Assembly: GCA_965214605.1 (NCBI GenBank)
Contig: OZ243961.1
Coordinates: 544,001 to 608,000 of the forward strand
DNA: 64,000 nt
Source: an uncultured Candidatus Binatia bacterium
Lineage (GTDB): Bacteria > Desulfobacterota > Binatia > Bin18
Direction: 5' to 3'
Made by a program: the position numbers and the translations under genes. How positions within the stretch are numbered: the first letter of the stretch is position 1; each line of letters starts with the position of its first letter. Positions 41,321-51,590 of the stretch are shown one piece after another. Below the pieces are notes generated by a model. That model saw only the letters and a program-made list of their open reading frames with translations, did not search any database and was not told the origin of the DNA.

Positions 41321-42526
41321 ATGTCAGGAAAGAAAAACAAGGCGGGACGCCGCAAGAGTGCACAAGCGGCGATCAGCCCAGCAGCCCTGCCCTTAGCAAC
41401 CGGTCCGCTGATGCTGACACGTATCCTAGCCCTTCTGGGCCTGGGGGTCAGTGCCTATCTGTCTGTGGTGCATTATCAGGCCGAGGCCGAGGATTTAGTG
41501 ACCTCCCATTTTTGCCAGGCTGGGTCGGTCATCGACTGTACCTCGGTGCTCAACAGCTCATATGCCACCTTATTTGATCTCCCGGTGGCCCTCTGGGCTA
41601 TTGGAGCCTACATTATCACGCTCGTCCTGACTTTTACCCCCCAGGCGCTCGCCCTGCTTTTTGTGTGTTCATGGCTGTTTGTGTTTGGCCTGTACATGGC
41701 CGCTGTCTCGTTCTTCGCCCTCCAGTCGGTGTGTCTGTTCTGCACGGCACTGTATCTGATCAATATCGGGCTGTTTGTCAGCGCCATCATCTTGGTGCGC
41801 TCCTCTGCCGACTTCGAGCTGAGTCGGTTTGCCTTTGGCCTGCTCGGCTGCGTCATTGTAACCGCTGGGATTGGCTTGTGGCAAAACCAACAAGCTCACC
41901 TCACGCCGCTCGATTTTAGGGCGCCGAGCGCCGAACGCATGGATAGGAGTTTTGTGCAGTTTTACAACGAACAACGCGAGGTGGCGGTCCAAAACCAAGA
42001 GCGCTATGTCAAGGGCGCTCAGGACGCGTCGCTGCGCATTACCGAGTTTGTCGATTTCCGGTGCCCCAGCTGCGCCGTGGCCCATGACTACCTGACCTAT
42101 CTGCGTGCGGCCAACAAGGGCGAGGTCCGCGTGGTCTTTCACCACTACCCGCTCGACCAGGCCTGTAACCCTATTGCTCAACAAGTCCATCCCTCGTCTT
42201 GCGCTGCAGCCATTGCCTCGGAGTGCGCCGGCGACCAAGACGCGTTTTGGGCCTATGCCGATCGCCTGTTCGCCAACCAAAAACGCTTCAGTCGCGCGGA
42301 GCTAGTCGATCACGCCGAGGCGCTGGATCTGGACCGTGAGCGGTTCGAGTCCTGCCTCGGAGACACTCGTATGGCAGATCGGGTGCGCCGAGATGTTGAA
42401 GAGGGACAGCGGCTTGGAATCAGCGCCACGCCGACCCTCATCATCAACGGGCGCGTGATCGAGGGACTGCCGCCGCCGAAAAAGCTGGCGACCCTGGTAA
42501 CGCTGCAGCAGCAGCAGAATCGGTAA
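41321..42526 (+). CDS. VKOR-DsbA fusion protein
   Basis: VKOR loop C...DCTSVLNS and CLFC in TM domain; thioredoxin DFRCPSC and ATPT. Confidence 0.92.
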   Translation: MSGKKNKAGRRKSAQAAISPAALPLATGPLMLTRILALLGLGVSAYLSVVHYQAEAEDLVTSHFCQAGSVIDCTSVLNSSYATLFDLPVALWAIGAYIITLVLTFTPQALALLFVCSWLFVFGLYMAAVSFFALQSVCLFCTALYLINIGLFVSAIILVRSSADFELSRFAFGLLGCVIVTAGIGLWQNQQAHLTPLDFRAPSAERMDRSFVQFYNEQREVAVQNQERYVKGAQDASLRITEFVDFRCPSCAVAHDYLTYLRAANKGEVRVVFHHYPLDQACNPIAQQVHPSSCAAAIASECAGDQDAFWAYADRLFANQKRFSRAELVDHAEALDLDRERFESCLGDTRMADRVRRDVEEGQRLGISATPTLIINGRVIEGLPPPKKLATLVTLQQQQNR

Positions 42527-42591
42527 AGGCAGACCTGAGTCCCTGAGTTCAGCCGCAGAGCTTATGCACTGCCCATCAGACTCTGACTCGT

Positions 42592-43266
42592 TTAGCCAAC
42601 GATAATATGCTCCTTAGTAATAATCACCGGCAGCTTGCCGGCCGCGATAAAATTCGGCTCGTCAGCCCGGGTTCGCTCGTATTCGGGGGTCGTGGCCGAG
42701 AGGCGCATCGCTTGAGTGCTGTCAAACCAAGTGAGGGCCACGCCGTCGTAGATCGGCGTTTTCCCGCTCTTATAAATTGACGGCCGGGTATGACTCTGAA
42801 CGTAGCGTCTAATCACCGGAATGGCAGCCCCAAGCGGACCATGAATCTCGCGCCAGTGGGTCTGAAAGTCCTCAATCGGCATCCCCGGTTTATGGTTCAC
42901 AAACTCGACGTTTTTGACCCCATCGGCCGGAACCGGGCCGTCTTTGATGAGGTGCTCTTCGGTAATAATCGAGCCTTGGCTGTCTCCGTCCATGAAGTTC
43001 GCCTCGTCGCTCTGGACTGCGGCAAGCTCTGATGTACCGACCTGGCGACGCATGACCTCGGTATTGTCGAACCACAGCTCGGCCATGCCGTCGTACACGG
43101 GTTCTCTCTCACGACGGTAGCCGGACAGAATGGTGTGGGACTGAACGTAACGACGAATGCCCGGCAGTTTGACCACGATATCGGCGTGGGTGGTTCGCCA
43201 GTAGGCCTGAAAGTCCTCGACCGGCATACCGGCTTTCCGTTTAAAAAAAGCGATCAGTTTGATCAT
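42592..43266 (-). CDS. Tandem EthD-domain protein
   Basis: Two repeats of FxxxWxxxH...RRYVQSH...YDG...WFD...DExNF. Confidence 0.88.
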   Translation of the reverse strand: MIKLIAFFKRKAGMPVEDFQAYWRTTHADIVVKLPGIRRYVQSHTILSGYRREREPVYDGMAELWFDNTEVMRRQVGTSELAAVQSDEANFMDGDSQGSIITEEHLIKDGPVPADGVKNVEFVNHKPGMPIEDFQTHWREIHGPLGAAIPVIRRYVQSHTRPSIYKSGKTPIYDGVALTWFDSTQAMRLSATTPEYERTRADEPNFIAAGKLPVIITKEHIIVG

Positions 43267-43349
43267 ACGTCTTTTCCTCCTACGTCTAGCTATGGCATGC
43301 TGTTGGCCTGGGTCAAGGCACGCGGCGATCCCAAACAGAAGGATACGGC

Positions 43350-44540
43350 ATGGATTTTCAATATTCGTCCGAGCAAGAAGCGTTTCGGAGCGAACTGCGC
43401 GGCTGGCTAGAGGCACACCTCCCCAAAGAGCTGTGCGTTGAGGACGCTATGGATGAGCGGGTCGCGCCCGATCGCCCGACGTTTGAGAAACGCCGGGCCT
43501 GGCAGCGTACGATGTATGAAGCCGGTTGGGTCGGTATTCCGTGGCCCAAAGAGTACGGAGGACGGGGGGCTGGGCTGATGGAGCAAATTGTGTTTGAGGA
43601 GGAGTATACGCGGGCCCAGGCCCCAATCCTGCCCGGTTTCTCGGGGATTGCGCTATGCGGTCCGACCCTTATGCAGTGGGGGACCGAGGCACAGAAAGAG
43701 AAGTTTTTAGCCCGTATCCTGCGCGGTGACGACATCTGGTGTCAGGGATACTCTGAACCCGGGGCTGGTTCCGACCTGGCCAGTCTCCAGACCCGGGCGG
43801 TTGAGGACGGTGATGAGTTTGTGGTCAACGGTCAGAAGGTCTGGACCTCGGGCGCCCAGTATGCAGATTGGATCTTTATGCTGGTCCGAACCAACCCCGA
43901 CGCGCCCAAACATCGGGGCATCAGCTATCTGCTGGTGAATATGAAAACCCCAGGAGTGACGGTTCGGCCCCTGGTGCTGATCAACGGTCATGCCCATTTT
44001 AACGAGATCTTTTTTGAAGACGTGCGGGTGCCCAAAGAAAACCTGGTCGGTCCGCTGAACGAGGGCTGGAAGGTGACCATCACCACCCTGATGTTTGAGC
44101 GCGGTATTGCCGGCGGCGGAAACCAGGGTGACCAGATCAACCGTTTGGCTCAGCTGTCCCGCCGCGTTGACCTCAACGGCCGGCCAGCCTGGGAGCAATC
44201 CTGGGTCCGTGACAAACTGGTCCAGCTCCACATTGAAAATGAGAGCCTCAAATACACCCGTCTGCGCAGTCTGACCAAACAGCTCAAGGGTCAGCCACCC
44301 GGCCCCGAAGGCTCAATGCTCAAGCTATGCAGCTCTGAGCTGGGCGTCAGAATCGCCGAGTTTGCCAGTGAATTATTGGGCCACAACGCGATTGTCGATC
44401 TGCCGTCCAAAGCCGTACCCGATGCACCGCGTTGGGTGAATCGGGTGCTCAGCGCCCGCCAATATACAATTTCGGGCGGGACCAGCGAGATTCAGCGAAA
44501 TATTATGGGAGAACGCGTCTTGGGTCTGCCCAAAGGCTAG
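43350..44540 (+). CDS. Acyl-CoA dehydrogenase (FadE-like)
   Basis: WCQGYSEPGAGSDLASL, NGQKVWTS, TISGGTSEIQRN. Confidence 0.94.
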   Translation: MDFQYSSEQEAFRSELRGWLEAHLPKELCVEDAMDERVAPDRPTFEKRRAWQRTMYEAGWVGIPWPKEYGGRGAGLMEQIVFEEEYTRAQAPILPGFSGIALCGPTLMQWGTEAQKEKFLARILRGDDIWCQGYSEPGAGSDLASLQTRAVEDGDEFVVNGQKVWTSGAQYADWIFMLVRTNPDAPKHRGISYLLVNMKTPGVTVRPLVLINGHAHFNEIFFEDVRVPKENLVGPLNEGWKVTITTLMFERGIAGGGNQGDQINRLAQLSRRVDLNGRPAWEQSWVRDKLVQLHIENESLKYTRLRSLTKQLKGQPPGPEGSMLKLCSSELGVRIAEFASELLGHNAIVDLPSKAVPDAPRWVNRVLSARQYTISGGTSEIQRNIMGERVLGLPKG

Positions 44541-45079
44541 CCACGTTTGCGCACCTGCCACTCGCTGCGGAGTACGGCCATCAGCAGCGTGTTATAGTAG
44601 CGGCCCTCAGCACGGCGATTTTCGCGCAGCAGCCCCTCGCGGCGGAAACCCGCCTTTTGATAGGCCCGGATACCGCGCGTGTTACGCTCGTCCACATGCA
44701 GCCAAACTCGGTTCAGGTCCAACTGACCAAAAGCATAGTCAAGCATCAGACCGCTCACCTCTACGCCGTAGCCCTTGCCCATCTCGCCGATGAGCAGGCC
44801 AAAGCTAGCTTTGCGGTTGTCCAAATCGAGTTGATGTAACTCAGTGATGCCGATTAGGCCATCGGTATCGCGGCGCACGACGCCGAGCAGCAGGTCGTGC
44901 CCAGTGCGGTATAGCCGCTCAATACCGTCGGCCACAGCCCTGATATCAACCGCTGGGAAAAAGTCGCCCAGGTGTCGGGTCAGATCCCGGCTCTGCAGCC
45001 AGGGCACGATTTGCTCAGCATCACTGCGCTCCAAAGGACGCAGATACACGCGCCCACCCGTTAGCACGGTTTCCTGCAT
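44537..45079 (-). CDS. GNAT acetyltransferase (RimJ/RimL type)
   Basis: VYLRPLE, GKGYG, NTRGIRAYQKAGFRREG; GGAGG RBS. Confidence 0.88.
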   Translation of the reverse strand: MQETVLTGGRVYLRPLERSDAEQIVPWLQSRDLTRHLGDFFPAVDIRAVADGIERLYRTGHDLLLGVVRRDTDGLIGITELHQLDLDNRKASFGLLIGEMGKGYGVEVSGLMLDYAFGQLDLNRVWLHVDERNTRGIRAYQKAGFRREGLLRENRRAEGRYYNTLLMAVLRSEWQVRKRG

Positions 45080-45214
45080 CCATCCTCCATCAACGCCATT
45101 GGTGATCTCTTCCCAACGTGGTGATCGACTATCAGCGATACTTTTTTGAACCGTCCACATCCTAGCACCGCACCGCTCTTGACGCGAAACCTGAGACCTG
45201 CCAGCATGTGGAGT

Positions 45215-45265
45215 ATGCGTCTACAGTATTCTCTCAATCGACAGGACTGGTGGTGGCTGCCTTAG
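45215..45265 (+). CDS. trpL: trp leader peptide MRLQYSLNRQDWWWLP
   Basis: 16-codon ORF with three consecutive TGG codons ~160 nt upstream of trpE(G). Confidence 0.9.
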   Translation: MRLQYSLNRQDWWWLP

Positions 45266-45377
45266 CAGGTGGCCCGAACCTTATAGTACTGTCTCTATAC
45301 GGAGCCGCCTTGACCAACGAGGCGGCTTTTCTTTTTTCAAAGACCGTCGCCTCGGGGTTGGGTGACGGTCTTTTTTT
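45255..45377 (+). promoter_or_regulatory. Ribosome-dependent Trp transcription attenuator with two terminator hairpins
   Basis: Hairpin agccgcct/aggcggct + T tract (45303-45337); hairpin agaccgtcgcc/ggtgacggtct + T tract (45341-45377); aggtggc (45267-45273) complementary to gccgcct. Confidence 0.85.
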
Positions 45378-45422
45378 GGGTCAAGACCCGGCCAACGGGG
45401 TAGGACGAAGGAGGAAGGATTC

Positions 45423-47603
45423 ATGGCCGACGTAGCTGCTCACATCCCCAGCGTGCACACCTACCGCACCCAGGGTGGGATTGATATTCGTCGCAGCATT
45501 GAAAGTATCCCACTTCAGGACGCTATCGAGCCAATCATTGACGGTCTCAATAGTCAGCGCGGCGTCCTTTTGGCGTCAAGCTATGAGTATCCGGGCCGCT
45601 ATACACGCTGGGACATCGGCTTTGTCAATCCCCCCCTATCCCTGAGCTGTCGACAACGAAAATTTCGGCTGTCGGCCCTAAACGAACGCGGCCAGATTCT
45701 CCTGCCAGGGCTAGCGCGGGCATTTGAGGCCCTGCCCGTACTCGCCTCGTCTGAGCGTAACGAGAGTCACATATCAGGCACGGTTCGGGAGGTGGAGAGC
45801 CGTTTTGCCGAAGAGCAACGCAGCAAACAGCCCTCGATCTTTTCGCTGCTCCGAGCGCTCATTGAGCTGTTTGCGTCGGATGAGGACGCCAATCTTGGGC
45901 TGTATGGCGCCTTTGGCTATGATCTGGCCTTTCAGTTCGAACCCCTGCGCCTTCACCTCACCCGCCCCGAAGAGCAACGCGACCTGGTGTTGTATATTCC
46001 CGATGAACTAATCGTGGTTGACCACCGCCGCGAACAGGCGCTGCGCTATCGCTACGATTTCGAGCTTGACGGGCGCTCCACCTACAATTTGCCCCGGGTT
46101 GGAACGAGCCAACCCTACCAGGGAACAGGTACCGTTGCTCAGGCCTGCGACCATCAACCGGGTGAATACGCCGAAGGCGTTCGGGTGGCCCGCCAAGCAT
46201 TCCAGCGCGGCGACCTGTTTGAGGTCGTGCCGGGTCAGACCTTTTTTGAGGTCTGTCCTACGCCGCCCTCAGAACTGTTTCGACGTCTGCGTGAGCGCAA
46301 TCCATCCCCGTACGGATTTCTGATCAACCTCGGCCAAGCCGAATACCTAGTTGGCGCGTCCCCCGAGATGTACGTCCGGGTGGAGGGCGACCGGGTGGAG
46401 ACCTGCCCGATTTCCGGCACAATCGCCCGCGGTCGGGATCCGATCAACGATGCCAGCCAAATCTTGCGGCTGCTCAACTCCCGCAAAGACGAGTCTGAGC
46501 TGACCATGTGTACAGATGTTGACCGCAACGATAAATCCCGGATCTGTCAACCGGGTAGCGTACGGGTGATTGGGCGGCGACAGATTGAGATGTATTCGCG
46601 ACTGATTCACACGGTCGATCATGTTGAGGGTCGCCTACGGCCCGAGTTTGATGCCCTGGATGCGTTTTTGGCCCACACCTGGGCGGTGACGGTCACCGGT
46701 GCGCCAAAAGCGTGGGCCATGCAGTTTATTGAGGAGCACGAAAAATCACCCCGCGCCTGGTACGGCGGGGCCGTCGGTCTGCTCGGCTTTAATGGCAATA
46801 TGAATACAGGGCTCACCCTGCGTACGATTCGGCTCAAAGACGGCGTGGCCCAAGTCCGAGCCGGGGCCACCCTGTTATACGACTCCAACCCGGACGATGA
46901 AGAACGCGAAACCCATATCAAAGCGTCTGCCTTCTTGGATGCTATTCGTCGCCCGAGTGAAAGCCAAGGCGAGCGGTCGTTGGAAGTCGCTAGCCCAGGC
47001 CGGGGTAAACGGATTCTGCTAGTCGATCATCAAGACTCTTTTGTGCATACCTTGGCCAACTATTTGCGTCAGACCGGGGCCGAGGTCTTGACCCTCCGAG
47101 CCGGTTTTTCGCACCATGAATTTGAGGCCCGGCAACCTGACCTCGTCGTCCTGTCGCCCGGTCCAGGCCAACCGTCGGATTTTGATGTTTCCGGCACTTT
47201 GGCGGCCGTACTTGAACGCCAGCTGCCCGTTTTTGGCGTGTGTCTCGGTTTACAGGGTATTGTCGAGCACTTCGGCGGCGAACTGTCCGTGCTGCCTTAC
47301 CCAATGCATGGCAAAGCGTCAGCCGTGCGGGTGGTGGGCGGACGGATTTTTGAGGGCCTCCCGCGCGAGCTCACGGCAGGCCGCTATCACTCTCTGTTCG
47401 CCCGCAAAGACCGGCTGCCCTCCCAACTCCACATCACCGCGGAGAGCGATGATGGTGTGATCATGGCGGTTGAGCACCGTGAGCTGCCGATTGCCGCTGT
47501 CCAGTTTCATCCCGAGTCTATTTTGACTCTGGATGAAGACTATGGCCTGCGCCTGATGTATAACGTGGTAGTCAGCCTATGCGCCGACGCAGGCCTTCCC
47601 TAG
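45423..47603 (+). CDS. trpE: Fused anthranilate synthase TrpE(G)
   Basis: SSYEYPGRYTRW, NPSPY, GASPEM, PISGT, VTGAPK, then glutamine amidotransferase DHQDSF, LSPGPG, GVCLG, QFHPES. Confidence 0.95.
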   Translation: MADVAAHIPSVHTYRTQGGIDIRRSIESIPLQDAIEPIIDGLNSQRGVLLASSYEYPGRYTRWDIGFVNPPLSLSCRQRKFRLSALNERGQILLPGLARAFEALPVLASSERNESHISGTVREVESRFAEEQRSKQPSIFSLLRALIELFASDEDANLGLYGAFGYDLAFQFEPLRLHLTRPEEQRDLVLYIPDELIVVDHRREQALRYRYDFELDGRSTYNLPRVGTSQPYQGTGTVAQACDHQPGEYAEGVRVARQAFQRGDLFEVVPGQTFFEVCPTPPSELFRRLRERNPSPYGFLINLGQAEYLVGASPEMYVRVEGDRVETCPISGTIARGRDPINDASQILRLLNSRKDESELTMCTDVDRNDKSRICQPGSVRVIGRRQIEMYSRLIHTVDHVEGRLRPEFDALDAFLAHTWAVTVTGAPKAWAMQFIEEHEKSPRAWYGGAVGLLGFNGNMNTGLTLRTIRLKDGVAQVRAGATLLYDSNPDDEERETHIKASAFLDAIRRPSESQGERSLEVASPGRGKRILLVDHQDSFVHTLANYLRQTGAEVLTLRAGFSHHEFEARQPDLVVLSPGPGQPSDFDVSGTLAAVLERQLPVFGVCLGLQGIVEHFGGELSVLPYPMHGKASAVRVVGGRIFEGLPRELTAGRYHSLFARKDRLPSQLHITAESDDGVIMAVEHRELPIAAVQFHPESILTLDEDYGLRLMYNVVVSLCADAGLP

Positions 47604-47722
47604 CAGACGCCCCACAGTCGCGTCGCTGGGCAGAGGCAGGCCGCACGGATTGCCAGGCGACCCGACTCACTCCGGCTCGGTCACCGGGGTCCAGGCAGCC
47701 ACTCCCGGCACCGCAACGAGCA
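47512..47722 (+). repeat. Imperfect direct repeat, copy 1 (trpE 3' end + intergenic + MFS 3' end)
   Basis: Colinear with 51591-51801 (ccgagtctatt...caccgcaacga) with scattered substitutions. Confidence 0.9.
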
Positions 47723-48166
47723 GGTCCCAGAATGCGGCTGGTTCGTCGAGGTCGAAAATCAGTGGGGGAATGCTGGGGCCGTGGCGGTGGATGTGCCACT
47801 CCAAACCGGTGGTAAAAGCGATACGGGCATCGAACCCGGTGGTTTCCCTGATGATTTGAGCCGCGTGTTTCGTGTCGCTGAGGTTGCCTGACGGCTGACA
47901 CCTCAGCAGTATGGCCGGTGTGCCGCCGGAGTATAGTGTGTAACTTCCCGGGTGCTCTGGCGACGGTTCGCGATGCGCAGCGGTGAATCCAATGGCGTCC
48001 AGTATGGGATTGATGACGGCTTCTTGGGTGATGCCTGTCGAACGTTGCAGGTTGATGTCGCGCTGAGCGGCGGCGTTCTGGGCGTCGGCGATGGTCTGAG
48101 TCAGTGCCGCGCGGTGCGCTTCGGCGCGATGCTTCGCATCGTCTTGATGGTGTGATCTTCGTGCAT
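47667..48166 (-). pseudogene. Broken ORF resembling a type I restriction N-terminal (HSDR_N-like) domain, truncated at the repeat
   Basis: Unlisted frame ...TQEAVINPILDAIGF...IAFTTGLEWHIH...; out of frame with the RBS-preceded ATG at 48166; runs in frame into the duplicated MFS tail (VAAWTPVTEPE). Confidence 0.45.
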
Positions 48167-49001
48167 TGTCCCTTTTGCTCCTTCGCTTCCAGTGGACTCG
48201 TGATGTAGTAGTGACGCCGGCAGTCCTGCCGTATCACAGGCGCATAACGATTCGCAAAAATCCCAGGCGCCGATTCTGTGCTTGCGCTCCGATCGGCGCC
48301 GGCTTGATACCTTCCCTTGGGGTCGGCGACTCTTTGCCTTCGTCTTGCTCTTGTGCTGTTCTGAGCAGCGGAATCGCCTGATTCTATGGTTGCCGGTACC
48401 GGGGGATGGTACAGTTTTGGCCGCGGCAGGACGGGCAAGTCGAAGGCTGGGGCGGTCTGTCTGTCCTGCCGGGTCTGTCGGTTGCGCTCTCTTTGCCAAT
48501 ATCCGTAGCAGATCCGTCGTTGGCAGACTGCGCAGCGTGGGCCGGCTGGGTCGGCATGGTCGGCTATTGGGGCAGGTGTGGCAGATGATGATGTCGTCGG
48601 CTATATGTCCTCTCTGGTAGGGCTGTGCAAAGGCTATCCGGGTCATGCAGTGTGTGGACGAATTGAGTGCGAGCTTCGGAAACGGTTTTCGTTTGGCTCG
48701 CGGCGGCACGGCAGTTGCTCTGGTTTACGGAGGGCGGGATTGCGTGCTCCCGGGATGGCGTCACGCGGGGATTGCATCCCCCTCTCATCTCCAGCTAGTA
48801 TCCGCAACAGGGGGGCATCGCCCATGCCCAAGAGGTTTGAGGACACGACGAGATCCATGATCCGCCCCGTGCAGACGTCAAAATCAATGAACCTGAACTT
48901 GGTGCGCCGGCCTGTTCCGGCAACTCAACGCGCAGCAACCGCTCAGCGTTTCGCACGGCAAACAGCGCAGCAACCTGCGCGCTAGGACGGAGAGAACGAC
49001 C

Positions 49002-49847
49002 ATGAGCGCTACACTGAGCCCCGCAGAACGCGCCCGCTTTCTCCAGGCGCTGAAGGAGGACTCCGACTTCCGCGAGGCGGTACGCCAGCACCTCCTGAGC
49101 GACGCACTGCTGGAACTGCCGGAAAAATTCGCCCAGTTCGCCGCCTACGTCAACGAATTTATCGCCAACACCAACGAATTTATCGCCAACACCAACAAAT
49201 TTATCGCCGACCAAAAGGCATTCAATACCCGCACCGAAGAACGCCTGGACCGGATTGACGACCGTCTGGACCGTGTTGAAGGCCGTCTGGACCGTGTTGA
49301 AGGCCGTCTGGACCGTGTTGAAGGCCGTCTGGACCGTGTTGAAGGCCGTCTGGACCGGATTGACAACCATCTGGACCGGATTGACAACCGGCTGGACCGG
49401 ATTGACGACAGCATCGGCATCCTGAAAGGCAACGCAGCGCGACGTCTGCTCAGAGATCACCTCGAAGGCGTCCTAGAACTCGTAGGCGTAGAGGATTTCG
49501 TAAGAATCCTGTCCAGCAGCGACCTGATTCGCCTGATGCGCACCTCAGGCATGGCTCGCGAGATACCCTACGGAGAACGGCGGAGTTTCTATGCCGCCGA
49601 TCTGGTCATCGAAGCCGCCGACGCAACGGGTGCCCCCTGTTATATCACGGCCGAGGGGTCCTTCACCGCGGATAAGCGGGACAGCAGCCGGGCGATTCGG
49701 AATGCCGCATTCCTGACCCGGCTTACCGGCCACCCGGCCTCCCCTGTCGTTGCCAGCATGAGGAACGACTACGAAGTGCAAGAGCTGGTCAATCAGGAAA
49801 CCATCCGCTGGTTCCAGCTGGACGAGCGGGACCTCGAAGCGGATTAG
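49002..49847 (+). CDS. Heptad-repeat coiled-coil protein with C-terminal restriction-endonuclease-like domain, copy 1
   Basis: 3x N(E/K)FIANT-type and 8x RLDR(V/I)(EG/DD/DN)-type heptads encoded by 21-nt repeats; ADLVI...YITAEGS...DSSRAIRNA. Confidence 0.8.
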   Translation: MSATLSPAERARFLQALKEDSDFREAVRQHLLSDALLELPEKFAQFAAYVNEFIANTNEFIANTNKFIADQKAFNTRTEERLDRIDDRLDRVEGRLDRVEGRLDRVEGRLDRVEGRLDRIDNHLDRIDNRLDRIDDSIGILKGNAARRLLRDHLEGVLELVGVEDFVRILSSSDLIRLMRTSGMAREIPYGERRSFYAADLVIEAADATGAPCYITAEGSFTADKRDSSRAIRNAAFLTRLTGHPASPVVASMRNDYEVQELVNQETIRWFQLDERDLEAD

Positions 49848-50240
49848 GACGTGATACGATCGCCGTGCCGCGGCCAGCCAAATTCCAGCAAGTGCTTATA
49901 GCACCGGTTCGCTTTGGCCAGCGGTTTTCGTTTGGCTCGCGGCGGCACGGCAGTTGCTCTGGTTTACGGAGGGCGGGATTGCGTGCTCCCGGGATGGCGT
50001 CACGCGGGGATTGCATCCCCCTCTCATCTCCAGCTAGTATCCGCAACAGGGGGGCATCGCCCATGCCCAAGAGGTTTGAGGACACGACGAGATCCATGAT
50101 CCGCCCCGTGCAGACGTCAAAATCAATGAACCTGAACTTGGTGCGCCGGCCTGTTCCGGCAACTCAACGCGCAGCAACCGCTCAGCGTTTCGCACGGCAA
50201 ACAGCGCAGCAACCTGCGCGCTAGGACGGAGAGAACGACC

Positions 50241-51002
50241 ATGAGCGCTACACTGAGCCCCGCAGAACGCGCCCGCTTTCTCCAGGCGCTGAAGGAGGAC
50301 TCCGACTTCCGCGAGGCGGTACGCCAGCACCTCCTGAGCGACGCACTGCTGGAACTGCCGGAAAAATTCGCCCAGTTCGCCGCCTACGTCAACGAATTTA
50401 TCGCCAACACCAACGAATTTATCGCCAACACCAACAAATTTATCGCCAACACCAACAAATTTATCGCCAACACCAACAAATTTATCGCCAACACCAACGA
50501 ATTTATCGCCGACCAAAAGGTCTTCAATGCCCGCACCGAAGAACGCCTAGACCGGATTGACGACAACATCGGCATCCTGAAAGGCAACGCAGCGCGACGT
50601 CTGCTCAGAGATCACCTCGAAGGCGTCCTAGAACTCGTAGGCGTAGAGGATTTCGTAAGAATCCTGTCCAGCAGCGACCTGATTCGCCTGATGCGCACCT
50701 CAGGCATGGCTCGCGAGATACCCTACGGAGAACGGCGGAGTTTCTATGCCGCCGATCTGGTCATCGAAGCCGCCGACGCAACGGGTGCCCCCTGTTATAT
50801 CACGGCCGAGGGGTCCTTCACCGCGGATAAGCGGGACAGCAGCCGGGCGATTCGGAATGCCGCATTCCTGACCCGGCTTACCGGCCACCCGGCCTCCCCT
50901 GTCGTTGCCAGCATGAGGAACGACTACGAAGTGCAAGAGCTGGTCAATCAGGAAACCATCCGCTGGTTCCAGCTGGACGAGCGGGACCTCGAAGCGGATT
51001 AG
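50241..51002 (+). CDS. Heptad-repeat coiled-coil protein with C-terminal restriction-endonuclease-like domain, copy 2
   Basis: 6x N(E/K)FIANT-type and 1x RLDRIDD heptads; otherwise nearly identical to copy 1. Confidence 0.8.
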   Translation: MSATLSPAERARFLQALKEDSDFREAVRQHLLSDALLELPEKFAQFAAYVNEFIANTNEFIANTNKFIANTNKFIANTNKFIANTNEFIADQKVFNARTEERLDRIDDNIGILKGNAARRLLRDHLEGVLELVGVEDFVRILSSSDLIRLMRTSGMAREIPYGERRSFYAADLVIEAADATGAPCYITAEGSFTADKRDSSRAIRNAAFLTRLTGHPASPVVASMRNDYEVQELVNQETIRWFQLDERDLEAD

Positions 51003-51590
51003 GACGTGATACGACCGCCGTGCCACCGCATATTTGCCGGCTGGCGCCACCACCGGACAAGTGAGCGGTGCCAGCCGTTCCCGAAACGGCCGCGCAGTTG
51101 CCGGAACCACCCCTGCGATTTCGCGGGTGTCTCAAATAATCAGACTGAATTTCAGGAGACATCACTATTCAGCGCTGAGTCGCGAGGTCTAGCCCGTAGC
51201 GTTCCGCTGATTGTGCCGTCGGGAGACTGCTCGGCCGGGGAGGCGCTGGCGAGCTGTGGTTCGGGGAGGCTGTCGCCATCGGCGAACATCCAGACCACAT
51301 CAATGGGGTAGGCGTTGTTGGTGAGTACCACGTTGCGCAACGCCGTCTTGAGGTCCTCGGGCACCATATCGCGGCGTCCGTGCTGATAGGGGCGCCGGGA
51401 TGAGAGCCGGGGCCGCCTACTGTGGCGTGTGTCCTTGTTTGGGGACGACGAGGAGTGTCGGGGGGAGAGGCGTGGAGTGCCTGTGGGCAAAATCTCTCGC
51501 TTTGATGCCGGGGGGGCCGGCGGGCTGCCCCGTTTGGGTGGCTGGGGACTGCCCGCGGACTGCCGGGCCGGCGATTAGGTGATGAGCCCG

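Larger units (their letters stand above)
48683..51024 (+). repeat. Tandem duplication: 48683-49869 and 49922-51024
   Basis: ~320 bp upstream region and gene nearly identical except for 21-nt repeat copy numbers and a few substitutions. Confidence 0.95.

Noticed and set aside
49151-50515. 21-nt arrays as CRISPR
   Set aside because: Head-to-tail repeats without spacers, in frame within CDSs; no cas genes
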